From: Dehalococcoidia bacterium
Lineage (GTDB): Bacteria > Chloroflexota > Dehalococcoidia > Plut-88900
Direction: 5' to 3'
DNA length: 64,000 nucleotides
NCBI GenBank assembly: GCA_965197585.1
Contig: OZ240215.1
Location: 544,001 to 608,000, forward strand
Part shown: positions 28,355-37,779 of the stretch, piece after piece
How positions within the stretch are numbered: position 1 is the stretch's first letter
Layout of the letters: each line of letters opens with the position of its first letter
Program-made: the position numbers and the translations under genes
Notes under the pieces: generated by a model
Databases searched by the model: none
What the model was told of the DNA's origin: nothing
The model's input: the letters and a program-made list of their open reading frames with translations, nothing else

Positions 28355-30802
28355 ATGATAGACCACGCTAGAGTTGTGATTATCGGGGCCGGCATTGCCG
28401 GTTGCAGCGTCGCGTACCACCTAGCCAAGCTGGGCTGGACCGACATCGTCGTTCTTGATCAGGGCCCACTCCCCGACACGGGAGGCTCCACCTCCCACGC
28501 CCCCGCCTTCATCTTCCAGATAAACCCCTCCAAGTTCTACTCGGAGACGGCCAAGTACTCCGTAGAGCTTTTCAAATCCCTTGAGGTCGATGGACAGTGC
28601 CCCTTCTACGAGGTCGGCGGGCTGGAGGTCGCCTGGACTCCCGAGCGCCTGCAGGAACTCAAGCGTAAGGTCGGCTTTGGCAAGTCCTGGGGCCTAGAGG
28701 CTGAGGTAATTTCTGCCAAGGAGGCTCGGGACATATTCCCCCTCCTCTCCGAAAACATCCTGGGGGCCATGTACAACCCGACCGACGGTCTGGTCAAAGG
28801 CGTACGCGCCGACGAGGCCATGTCCAACGCCGCCAAAGCTCTTGGAGCAAAATTCTACGGCGAAACCCAGGTTACGGACATCGAGACCCGGGACGGCCGC
28901 GTCGACACCGTCGTCACCAACAAAGGCAATATTAGGGCTGAGCACGTAGTCGCCTGTGCCGGGATATGGGGCCCGAGACTCGGGCGCATGGTCGGCGTCC
29001 CAATCCCCTACTACCCCATGCAGCACCCCCTTGTGAAGGTCGGGCCCCTACCGGAGCTTGCCGGACACACGAAGGAGATTACCCGGCCCGGCGTCCGGCA
29101 CCAGGACTTTTCCATGTACGCACGGGAGTATTTCGAATATATGGAGGTCGGCACCTACCAGAATGAGCCAATCCTTGTGAATGCCGACGACATCGTCCCC
29201 TACGAAATGGCCAGGGTCACGCCTGCCGTTATGCCCTTCAATCTCGAGCTCTTCGTCGACTCCCTACTCGCCATCGACGAGCTCATGCCCGGCCTTGCCG
29301 ACAACCCGATCTTCGAACCGATCAACGGCATGTTCTCCTTCACTCCTGATGGAATGCCCCTCCTGGGCGAGGCCCCCAACGTCAAGGGTTTCTGGCTAGC
29401 CCAGGCAGTCTGGGTAGCCCACGCCGGGGGCATAGGCAAGACCCTCGCCGAGTGGATGGTCTACGGCTCACCCGAATTCGACCCTCACGAAGCGGACCTC
29501 ACCCGGTTCCACCCTCACATGTCCGCAGACTCCTACGTCAAGACCCGCTCTGCCCAGCAGTACCGGGAGGTATACGATATCGTGCACCCCCTCCAGCAGA
29601 TGGAAGACCCCCGTCGAATCCGCCTGAGCCCCTTCTACCCAAGACAGCAGGAACTCGGGGCTCAGTTCTTCGAGGTCGCAGGTTGGGAGCGCCCCCAGTG
29701 GTACGCCGCCAACGAAAAACTCCTGGACGCCGATCCCGCACCTCAACGAGAAGGCTGGGAGGCCCAGAATTGGTCTCCGATAGTCTATGCCGAGCATCGA
29801 GCCGCCCGCGAGCGCGTCGTCATGATCGATCAGACCGGCTTCGCCAAGTTCGAGATCAAGGGCCCCGGAGCCCTCGATACCCTTAACTGGATCTCCAGCA
29901 ACCAGATGGACCGATCCGTCGGACGCGTCACCTACACCTCACTACTCAACAAGCAGGGCAAGATCAAGTGTGACCTCACCATCACCCGCCTTGCTGCCGA
30001 CCGGTTCCTGATCGTCACCGGAGGCTCTTTCGCACCCCACGATCTCGCCTGGATCAAGTCCCACCTCCCCGACGACGGCTCAGTATCCCTCACCGACATC
30101 TCGTCCTCCCTCTGCTGCATCGGCCTCTGGGGCCCCAGGGCCCGAGACCTGGCCCAGTCCGTCACATCTCACGACCTCTCCAACGAATCCTTCCCTTACC
30201 TGACTGGACAGGAGGTAATTTTCGGAGACGTCCCTTGCCTCGCTTTCCGCATCTCCTACGCCGGTGAGCTCGGTTGGGAGGTCTACTGCTCTACGGAGTT
30301 CGGCCTGCGCCTCTGGGACCTCCTCTGGGATGCAGGCCAGCCTCTCGGAGTCACCGCAATGGGCGCCGCCGCCTTCGACTCCCTTCGCATCGAAAAGGGC
30401 TACCGTCTTTGGGGCGCCGACATAAGCACAGAGTACAACCCATTCGAGGCGGGTATTGGCTTCGCCGTCAGAATGAAGAAGGGAACCTTCCTTGGACGCG
30501 ACGCATTGGTCGTAGCCCGAGAAGTCGGTCTCACCCAAAAGCTCTGCTGCATGACCATCGATGATCCCTCCAAGGTCGTAATGGGCAACGAACCCATCCT
30601 CATCGATGGCCGACCCACGGGGTTTGTAACCAGCGCTAACTACGGCTACAGCATCGGCAGGGGCGTCGCCTACGGCTATCTCCCAATCGAACACACCGAG
30701 GTCGGGACCAAGGTCCAGATCGAATACTTTGGCGAGCTTCTCGATGCCACCGTCTCCCGGGAACCCCTCTACGACCCGGAGATGGTCAAGCTGAAGAGCT
30801 GA
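28355..30802 (+). CDS. GcvT-family FAD-dependent oxidoreductase (dimethylglycine oxidase/dehydrogenase-like)
   Basis: GAGIAG FAD motif, GGSTSHAP, FSFTPDG, C-terminal aminomethyltransferase fold (ISYAGELGWE, LRIEKGY); start at MIDH. Confidence 0.9.
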   Translation: MIDHARVVIIGAGIAGCSVAYHLAKLGWTDIVVLDQGPLPDTGGSTSHAPAFIFQINPSKFYSETAKYSVELFKSLEVDGQCPFYEVGGLEVAWTPERLQELKRKVGFGKSWGLEAEVISAKEARDIFPLLSENILGAMYNPTDGLVKGVRADEAMSNAAKALGAKFYGETQVTDIETRDGRVDTVVTNKGNIRAEHVVACAGIWGPRLGRMVGVPIPYYPMQHPLVKVGPLPELAGHTKEITRPGVRHQDFSMYAREYFEYMEVGTYQNEPILVNADDIVPYEMARVTPAVMPFNLELFVDSLLAIDELMPGLADNPIFEPINGMFSFTPDGMPLLGEAPNVKGFWLAQAVWVAHAGGIGKTLAEWMVYGSPEFDPHEADLTRFHPHMSADSYVKTRSAQQYREVYDIVHPLQQMEDPRRIRLSPFYPRQQELGAQFFEVAGWERPQWYAANEKLLDADPAPQREGWEAQNWSPIVYAEHRAARERVVMIDQTGFAKFEIKGPGALDTLNWISSNQMDRSVGRVTYTSLLNKQGKIKCDLTITRLAADRFLIVTGGSFAPHDLAWIKSHLPDDGSVSLTDISSSLCCIGLWGPRARDLAQSVTSHDLSNESFPYLTGQEVIFGDVPCLAFRISYAGELGWEVYCSTEFGLRLWDLLWDAGQPLGVTAMGAAAFDSLRIEKGYRLWGADISTEYNPFEAGIGFAVRMKKGTFLGRDALVVAREVGLTQKLCCMTIDDPSKVVMGNEPILIDGRPTGFVTSANYGYSIGRGVAYGYLPIEHTEVGTKVQIEYFGELLDATVSREPLYDPEMVKLKS

Positions 30803-30835
30803 TCCGGATTTCTACTATGAGACCATTGCATAGTT

Positions 30836-30860
30836 GTCATTCCCGACAAATCGTGGATCC
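30836..30860. repeat. REP-like palindrome (GTCATTCC...GGATCC type)
   Basis: GTCATTCCCGACAAATCGTGGATCC resembles the copies at 56660, 56734 and 57146. Confidence 0.5.
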
Positions 30861-30941
30861 AAAGTTGACACATTAGGACTATCTAGGCATGCTATGGCTT
30901 CTTAAAATGCCCCCGCGTTATCGGGACGCTAAAGCCTTAAA

Positions 30942-31661
30942 ATGCCGGAAGAACCCCAACCCCGTTACACCCTTCGCATATCCGAGATGCCCTCGGACGA
31001 AAGGCCTCGAGAGCGGCTCCAGAATTACGGGGCGCAAAGCCTGGGCCATGCGGAGCTCATCGCCATCCTGTTGCGCACAGGCAACAACCGGGAAAGCGCT
31101 CTGGATATGGCTAGGCGCGTTATCTCCCAATACGGTACGCTGCGGGGACTGGCCCGAGCCACCTTCACCGAGCTAACCCAGCTCGACGGAATTGGCAAAG
31201 CCAAGGCCTCCCAGATTCTGGCAGGACTGGAACTCGGCCAACGCCTTCGCCATGACCCACGACTGGACAAGCGGCGCATCGACAATCCGGAGGACGTTTT
31301 CGAAATCCTTGGGGACGAGATGAGCCTATTCACCCAGGAGCACCTGAAGGTAGTCCTCCTTGACACCAAGAACCGGGTCATGGAAGTCCAGGAAGTTTAT
31401 ATAGGCAACGTCAACTCCTCCCAGATCAGGGCCTCGGAAGTGTTCAGGGCTGCAGTAAAAGCCAACGCCACCTCCATCGTTGTCGTACACAACCATCCTT
31501 CCGGCAACCCCACCCCCAGTTCCCAGGACAGGGCCGTCACCACCGACCTTGTGAAAGCCGGCAATCTTCTCGGCATAGACGTCCTGGACCATGTAATCAT
31601 CGGCCATCCCGATGAAAAAGGTTTCGTCAGCCTAAAAGAGCAAGGCATCGGCTTCGGCTAA
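30942..31661 (+). CDS. radC: RadC/JAB-domain protein
   Basis: ERPRERL, HhH GIGKAKA, HNHPSG...SSQD, LDHVII. Confidence 0.93.
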   Translation: MPEEPQPRYTLRISEMPSDERPRERLQNYGAQSLGHAELIAILLRTGNNRESALDMARRVISQYGTLRGLARATFTELTQLDGIGKAKASQILAGLELGQRLRHDPRLDKRRIDNPEDVFEILGDEMSLFTQEHLKVVLLDTKNRVMEVQEVYIGNVNSSQIRASEVFRAAVKANATSIVVVHNHPSGNPTPSSQDRAVTTDLVKAGNLLGIDVLDHVIIGHPDEKGFVSLKEQGIGFG

Positions 31662-31769
31662 CTCTCCTTTTCCGTCATTCTGGACCCTTTCCCCCACCTT
31701 GACTTAATCCCCCTCGGTGCTATCCTCCCATCAATAAGACTGGCGTGCGCATACCCATAGGAGGGGACA

Positions 31770-32906
31770 ATGCAATACAACATAATCTCCGCGGACTCTC
31801 ACGTGGACCTCGGCTACCTGCCCTGGGACCTATTTACCTCCCAGGCCCCATCCCAGTATGCGGACCGAGTCCCCAGGGTCGAGTCCCGGGACGGCATCAA
31901 TCAGTGGTGGGCCGATGGCACCTACCTGGAAGACGTCGGACACTTCAGCAAGGTCGGCACTTATAACCCCGGCATGAGGACACGTGTCGACAAGATGGAC
32001 GCAACCGGCTTCATCCAGGACGCCGCCGAGGGACGGTACCACCCCACCGACCTCAACCTTAGGATTAAAGACCAAGACATGGACGGCGTCGACGCCGAGG
32101 TCATCTACGGCATGTTCGCCGTTGCCGCCAAGCTAAAAGACCAGGAGCTCGTCGCTTCCGTATATCGTGTCTACAACGACTGGATCGCAGACTTCACAAG
32201 CAAGCGCCCTGATAGGCTCCGCGGTCTCGCCTGTCTCCCCAACCACGACCCCCAGGCCGCCGCTGATGAGCTTCGCAGGGCCGCCGCCATGGGGCTCGTA
32301 GGCGTGGAGTTCGGTGTCGGTACTGCCGTCAAGCCTATGTACTACAGCGATTGGGATGTCCTCTGGGAGGCCGCCGCCGAATGCGAAATCTCCTTATCCT
32401 TCCACACCACGGGCCTGTATCCCAGGCCCCCGGAACCCGGAGACGCCGAGCTCTACGCGTTGACCCACCGCGTCATCAACATGGTTACATTCCAGCTCTC
32501 CGGCGCCGAAATCCTCGCAAGCATGGTCCTTTCGGGTGCCTGCGAGCGATTCCCCAACCTCAAGTTTGTCCTTGGTGAATGCGGCGTTACCTGGATCCCC
32601 TACGTCCTCGACCGCATGGACCACGAGGATGAAGGCGACGCTTCACTCTCCATGATTCCCAGCGATTACTGGCGGCGCCAAGGCTATTCCACTTTCCAAA
32701 AGGAAGCCTTCGCTGGCGATATGATCGACTTCATAGGTGAAGACAACGTCATGTGGGGTTCCGACTACCCCCACCCCGACGGCGTCTGGCCCGACTCCCA
32801 GGAGACCATCAAGAACAACCTCAAGGGCCTTAAGGATGACACCAAGCGGATGAAGATCATCCGGGACACCGCCGCCAAGCTCTACCGCTTCTCCAACGGC
32901 AGCTAG
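31770..32906 (+). CDS. Amidohydrolase-2 family protein
   Basis: ISADSHV, DQDMDGVDAEVIY, MWGSDYPHPD; TTGACT-16-TATCCT promoter at 31699-31726. Confidence 0.88.
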   Translation: MQYNIISADSHVDLGYLPWDLFTSQAPSQYADRVPRVESRDGINQWWADGTYLEDVGHFSKVGTYNPGMRTRVDKMDATGFIQDAAEGRYHPTDLNLRIKDQDMDGVDAEVIYGMFAVAAKLKDQELVASVYRVYNDWIADFTSKRPDRLRGLACLPNHDPQAAADELRRAAAMGLVGVEFGVGTAVKPMYYSDWDVLWEAAAECEISLSFHTTGLYPRPPEPGDAELYALTHRVINMVTFQLSGAEILASMVLSGACERFPNLKFVLGECGVTWIPYVLDRMDHEDEGDASLSMIPSDYWRRQGYSTFQKEAFAGDMIDFIGEDNVMWGSDYPHPDGVWPDSQETIKNNLKGLKDDTKRMKIIRDTAAKLYRFSNGS

Positions 32907-32925
32907 GTCCAGCACTGGACGCGAC

Positions 32926-32964
32926 GAGAGGGTCGGCCCGAAGGGCCGACCCTCTCATTTCTTT
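32926..32964 (+). terminator. Terminator between convergent genes
   Basis: GAGAGGGTCGGCCC-gaa-GGGCCGACCCTCTC then ATTTCTTT. Confidence 0.75.
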
Positions 32965-32979
32965 AGCTATGCGCTTTGC

Positions 32980-34398
32980 CTAAATGGGTGGGAACTGGGT
33001 GTGCCAGTCCGTTGCGCCTTCGTATGCCGCTGATACCCTCAACACCGTCGCCTCGTCGAAAGCCCTCCCCGCAATCTGCAACCCGATGGGCAGTCTGTCC
33101 CTTGAAAACCCGCACGGTATTGAAATAGCGGGAAGGCCGGCGAGGTTAAAGGGAGTGGTGAGGCTTCGTGCACCGAATATGCGCTCGCGTACGTCGGTCT
33201 CGCTGACAAAGACTCTTTTGACTTCCTTGATTTCGGGGGCGGGAGTGGAGACTACGGGCCCGACTAGGACATCGAAGTCTTCCAGGGCCTTGATGAGCCG
33301 CTTCCTGAGCAACTGCCTGGCCCTCTGGGCCCGATGGTACAGAGAGGCCGGTATCAAGCTCGAAGCCATGAGTCGGGTGCGGGTGGCTACGTCGTAGTCC
33401 CTGTGCCTCTGCCGCAACAGCGACTCGTGAGTGTCGGCGGCGTCCGAGTCACCGATTGCTATGTAGATCGGGCCTGCAAGCTCCAGCAGGGGTATGTTCA
33501 CGTCCACGGTTTCAGCCCCGAGGGATTGGAACACGTCTCTCGTGGCGTTGACGGCATTCTGGGTATCCTCGTCGACACCCTCCAGGTTGATAAGCTGGTG
33601 CAGGTAGCCTATCTTCATGCCCTGCACACCGCCGTTGAGACCTGAGGAGTAGTCGTCGACTGGCCGCGTGCTGCTGAGGGGATCGTTGGGATCGTGGCCG
33701 GCTATGGCGGCAAGGAGGTCAGCGCAGTCCCGGACGGTCCGGGTCATCGGGCCCGCGGTGTCCATGGACCAGCACATGGGAAAGGCCCGGTAACGGCTGG
33801 TCCTTCCCGTGGTCGGCCTGAGCCCGACTATACCGCACATCGCCGCAGGAAGTCTGACAGATCCACCCGTGTCCTCTCCGATGGCCACGGCGGCCATGCC
33901 AGCCGATACGGCTATTCCGGAACCGGCGCTCGAACTTCCGGGTATCCTGTCCAGATTCCACGGGTTCCGGGGCGTGCCGAACACGAAATCGCGTGTGTCT
34001 CCGAAAGCGAACTCGGTCATGTTCAGTTTGCCCAGCAGTATGGTCCCCGCAGCTTGAAGCCTTGCTGTCACCGTGGATTCGCCGTCAGGGACGTTCTCCG
34101 AAAAGATTCGAGAGGCCATGGTAGTGCGGATGCCTGCGGTGTCGAACTGGTCCTTCACGGCGACGGGTATGCCGTGCATTGGGCCTATGTATTTGCCCCT
34201 TGATATCGCTACCTCCGCTTCCCGCGCCTGCGCGCGGGCCTCGTCCCCGCATACCGTAATGTAGGCCCTGACTTTAGTATCTATCTCCTCGATCCGTGCT
34301 AGGTACGCTTCCACCACCTCAACCGGCGACAGTTCCCTTCGCCGCATCAGTGCCCCGAGCTTATGGGCGGGCTGGTAAATCAGGTCTGTCGACGGCAT
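32980..34398 (-). CDS. Amidase signature family protein (GatA/AtzE-like)
   Basis: VAVKD, GKLNMTEFA, PGSSSAGS, GEDTGGSVRLPA triad motifs; start reset to MPSTDL. Confidence 0.92.
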   Translation of the reverse strand: MPSTDLIYQPAHKLGALMRRRELSPVEVVEAYLARIEEIDTKVRAYITVCGDEARAQAREAEVAISRGKYIGPMHGIPVAVKDQFDTAGIRTTMASRIFSENVPDGESTVTARLQAAGTILLGKLNMTEFAFGDTRDFVFGTPRNPWNLDRIPGSSSAGSGIAVSAGMAAVAIGEDTGGSVRLPAAMCGIVGLRPTTGRTSRYRAFPMCWSMDTAGPMTRTVRDCADLLAAIAGHDPNDPLSSTRPVDDYSSGLNGGVQGMKIGYLHQLINLEGVDEDTQNAVNATRDVFQSLGAETVDVNIPLLELAGPIYIAIGDSDAADTHESLLRQRHRDYDVATRTRLMASSLIPASLYHRAQRARQLLRKRLIKALEDFDVLVGPVVSTPAPEIKEVKRVFVSETDVRERIFGARSLTTPFNLAGLPAISIPCGFSRDRLPIGLQIAGRAFDEATVLRVSAAYEGATDWHTQFPPI

Positions 34399-34399
34399 A

Positions 34400-34615
34400 T
34401 CAGTGCCCCTCCCTGTCCAGCAAAATGGGCAGCGGGTCCGTAGAGTCCAGCTCCGGGTCATCGAGCGCGGCGAGGGCGTCGCTGAGCGCGTTCAACCGGA
34501 ATCTGATCTCGTCCAGGTCCGACTCTTCCACCGGCAAGCCCCTGAGTTGGGCCAGACGGGCCACATCCTCCCTCGTCAGCTTCTCGCTATACCCTCGAGA
34601 ATTATTACCCACCAT
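34400..34615 (-). CDS. Small GatC/AtzG-like partner of the amidase
   Basis: LTREDVARLAQLRGL...ELDSTDP, GatC-like; stop is 1 nt from the amidase ATG. Confidence 0.6.
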   Translation of the reverse strand: MVGNNSRGYSEKLTREDVARLAQLRGLPVEESDLDEIRFRLNALSDALAALDDPELDSTDPLPILLDREGH

Positions 34616-34805
34616 CGTAAACTACTCCTCAATTCCCCGACATTCTGTCCCTACACTTTACTCAAAATCAATGTAGAGAGATACCTGTTGAAAGGGTCGT
34701 GTCCCTCAGTTCACTTCTAGCAATTTTGAGAGCCGTAAGAACGACCGGGGCCTGTGATATGTTATCATCAAACCAACCCACATCTCCTGCCTTACCGGAG
34801 GAAAC

Positions 34806-35165
34806 ATGAACGTTATCGACCCCGCCAAAATCGACAAAGCAATCAGTTCCATGCCCATATTCACCGGTGGTGAGGTCCGCACCCAGCCTTTGATCAGCAA
34901 GGACCACACCGACTCCCTCGGCATGCTCCACGTCTACTTCGCCGCCGGCGCCCGTACCAAGTTCCACACCCACACCAACGATCAGGTCCTCCTCGCCACT
35001 GAGGGTGAAGGCATTGTTGCTACCCGGGAAGAGGAACAGGTAATGACACCCGGCATGGTCATCCACGTCCCACCGGGAGAAGTCCACTGGCATGGGGCCA
35101 CCAAGCACTCCGCTTTCGCTCACATATCCATCAACCCGCCTATGGAAACCGAAATCGTAGAATAG
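34806..35165 (+). CDS. Cupin domain protein
   Basis: GARTKFHTH..DQVL, PPGEVHWHGA; GGAGG SD. Confidence 0.85.
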   Translation: MNVIDPAKIDKAISSMPIFTGGEVRTQPLISKDHTDSLGMLHVYFAAGARTKFHTHTNDQVLLATEGEGIVATREEEQVMTPGMVIHVPPGEVHWHGATKHSAFAHISINPPMETEIVE

Positions 35166-35188
35166 TCCCGAACCCCGGAGAGACATTC

Positions 35189-35608
35189 ATGAACTGTCCC
35201 AGATGTGCCGTAGACCTCAACCTGGAAAAGCACAAGGGCATAGATATTGACCGGTGCCCCAGTTGTGACGGCCTGTGGCTCGATCACGTCGAGCTCGACC
35301 AGTTGGAAGACACCGCTTTCGACAAGGACGAGCTCAAAGGCATGATGGAGTACAACTCACGGGCCAGCGACATTGATTGCCCCGTCTGCGGCGCCCGCAT
35401 GACCACCTTCAACTACCGGGCCTACAACCTCCCCATCGACACCTGTAAGGAAGAGCACGGCTACTGGCTCGACAAGGGCGAGGACCAAAAGGTCATCGAT
35501 ACCATGAAGCAACGTATCAAGGACCTGGACCGCAAGAACAAGGCGGAAGCCCAGTGGTACGGCTTCTTGTCGAAGCTCGGCAGGAAGAAAAAGGGGTTAT
35601 TCGGCTAG
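35189..35608 (+). CDS. Tandem TFIIB-type zinc-finger protein
   Basis: CPRC...IDRCPSCDGLWLD and CPVC...IDTCKEEHGYWLDKGE repeats. Confidence 0.8.
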   Translation: MNCPRCAVDLNLEKHKGIDIDRCPSCDGLWLDHVELDQLEDTAFDKDELKGMMEYNSRASDIDCPVCGARMTTFNYRAYNLPIDTCKEEHGYWLDKGEDQKVIDTMKQRIKDLDRKNKAEAQWYGFLSKLGRKKKGLFG

Positions 35609-35765
35609 GTCCTGCCCCGCGACTCGCGCACCCTTGCTATAATAGGGTTACCCCCGGCGATCTGCGGTTGCCGCAGACCCCCCTTATTCCGCCGGCGAAC
35701 AGGCCCCGCAGAACGGATTCCGCTCCGACCTCGGCAGTGGCCTCAGGCTGAAGGGAGATGAGACC

Positions 35766-36074
35766 ATGCTAGTACGAGTCTTGATAGAAAGACACATCAA
35801 AGAAGGCCAAGAGTCGGAGGCCTCCGATAAAATCCTGGAAATGCGAAAGCATGCCACTACCTTCCCCGGCTACGTTTCCGGAGAGACCCTCTCCGACACT
35901 GCAGACCCCCGCACCGTCATTATCGTCAGTACCTGGCACTCCTTGGAGGATTGGGAGAAGTGGGACTCGAGTCCCCAGCACGAGGCGTCTGCCAAGACCC
36001 TCGAGCCACTGCTGGACCAACCCATCTCCGTCCGTTCCTTCGTCAATCCTTGGGACGCCCTATTGGATAGCTAG
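35766..36074 (+). CDS. Antibiotic biosynthesis monooxygenase (ABM) family protein
   Basis: PGYVSGETL...STWHSLEDWEKW. Confidence 0.8.
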   Translation: MLVRVLIERHIKEGQESEASDKILEMRKHATTFPGYVSGETLSDTADPRTVIIVSTWHSLEDWEKWDSSPQHEASAKTLEPLLDQPISVRSFVNPWDALLDS

Positions 36075-36102
36075 TTCCATCCGGGCCCCTTGGGCGCTCG
36101 CT

Positions 36103-37110
36103 CTATCCCAGCAGGAATCCTTCTTTCAAAGGGTCGCGGCTGTCGATGTAGAACTGGTGTGATCCCGTCAGGTACGCCGAGCCGGTGACCTCCGGTATGA
36201 TCGCCGGATTCCCGTCCACCCTACTCTCCTCGACTATCCTGCTGCGGAACACCGTGCCCAGAATGCTTTCGTGTACGAATTCCTCCCCTACTCCCAAGCG
36301 GCCTTGGGCGTGGAGCAATGCCAACCGCGCCGACGTCCCTGTCCCACACGGCGACCGATCAAACGAGTGCTGTGCGAACGTCATGATGTTTCGTGCGTGA
36401 ACTCCCGGGGAAGGGTTGTCCACGTACATCTCTACGCCGTGCAACGGGTTGATGTCGGGCTCCGTGGGATGACTGATCTCCAGCTGCTCCCGAGCCGCAT
36501 CCCGAAAGGCGATGCCCCGCTCCACCAGTTTACCCACGTTGCTCGGGACTAACTCCATCCCCAGCCGCTCCACCGGCAGTATCGCAAAGAAGTTGCCCCC
36601 GTACACGATGTCCGTCAGCACCTTGCCGCCTTCGAAGTCAACTTGCGCTTCTTGCATGTAAACGAAGGAAGGCACGTTGCGGATGGTCACCTCCGACACA
36701 TTGCCTTCATGGTCGACCCTGGCACGCGCCTCTACAGTACCGGTAACCGTGTCCAGCTTCACTTCTGTAAAAGGGTGTACCGGGGTGACTTGCCCCGTCT
36801 CGATCAGCGTGGTGACTATTCCGATAGTGCCGTGGCCGCACATCCCCTCGAAGCCCAGGGAGTCGAAGAACATCACACCCATGTCGCTCCCCGCATTGAC
36901 GGGCGTCGTTAGCACCGCGCCGATGAGCTCGGCGTCCCCCCGAGGCTCCAGCGTCAGCACCTTCCTCACCGAGTCCAGGTGCTCGATGAAATAGCTCTTC
37001 TTCTCCGCCATGCTCGAACCCGGGATGTTCGGCACACCCCCCGTAATCATCCGCGTCCGTTCCCCTGCAGTGTGCGAATCGATAGTCGAGATTATTCGTT
37101 GAGCCTTCAT
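36103..37110 (-). CDS. Proline racemase family protein (likely hydroxyproline 2-epimerase)
   Basis: DSHTAGE, EPRG, MCGH and DRSPCGTG catalytic cysteines. Confidence 0.9.
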   Translation of the reverse strand: MKAQRIISTIDSHTAGERTRMITGGVPNIPGSSMAEKKSYFIEHLDSVRKVLTLEPRGDAELIGAVLTTPVNAGSDMGVMFFDSLGFEGMCGHGTIGIVTTLIETGQVTPVHPFTEVKLDTVTGTVEARARVDHEGNVSEVTIRNVPSFVYMQEAQVDFEGGKVLTDIVYGGNFFAILPVERLGMELVPSNVGKLVERGIAFRDAAREQLEISHPTEPDINPLHGVEMYVDNPSPGVHARNIMTFAQHSFDRSPCGTGTSARLALLHAQGRLGVGEEFVHESILGTVFRSRIVEESRVDGNPAIIPEVTGSAYLTGSHQFYIDSRDPLKEGFLLG

Positions 37111-37211
37111 ATCCCCTCCCCCAAATGCTTGCTGTCAGGCCATTATACATTTCCTGGAGTGGTAACATGTCCCCGCCGTTTGGACTCATATCACTGCCAA
37201 GGAGAACAGTA

Positions 37212-37550
37212 ATGCCCTTCTACGACCCCAATGCCCTGAAGAGCAAGGAGATTGCCCCTGGCGCTCACATACAACCCCTCTGGGGCGACAAGGTGATGAT
37301 GGTGTTCATAACCCTGGAGCCCGGCGCCGAGGTCCCGAACCACACCCACCCCAATGAGCAGGCCGGCATGTGCCTGGAAGGTGAATTCGAGCTCACCATT
37401 GACAGCGACGCACGCATGATTAAGAAGGGCGACGCTTACTTAGTACCTTCGGGTGTCGTGCATCGGGCCGTCGCAACTTCCGGCAAGGCCCTGGCCTTGG
37501 ACATCTTTTCCCCACCCAGAGAAGACTTCATCGCCCTGCTGGGAGGCTGA
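37212..37550 (+). CDS. Cupin domain protein
   Basis: HTHPNEQ, VPSGVVH, DIFSPPRED; AAGGAG SD before ATG 37212. Confidence 0.85.
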   Translation: MPFYDPNALKSKEIAPGAHIQPLWGDKVMMVFITLEPGAEVPNHTHPNEQAGMCLEGEFELTIDSDARMIKKGDAYLVPSGVVHRAVATSGKALALDIFSPPREDFIALLGG

Positions 37551-37779
37551 ATGTCGCTGGGCATCCCGCACCCCCCGCCCCTTGGAATAGACGCCCCATT
37601 GTAGTATATTCACTCCATTGGTCCTGTTCTGGCGTCCGCCCGGACGCCGAAAAGCTTCAGGAAAGGGGGAGAAGCAGGGTACGTACACCGTTGGTTCATT
37701 TGGCGGATTCTGAGGACCTTGGATGGGCGGTTGCCATTACCTCGATTCTCGGAAATTACAAGAAACTACGGAGGACGCT

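Noticed and set aside
32980-34615. gatCA of the tRNA amidotransferase
   Set aside because: No gatB and divergent signature (EFAFG, GSSSAGS, GEDTGG); treated as a catabolic amidase
37655-37680. SRP RNA or Moco riboswitch resemblance (TCAGG...AAGCAG, AGGGT)
   Set aside because: Lacks the GGAA-capped SRP stem and other Moco consensus elements; kept only as an unnamed structured leader
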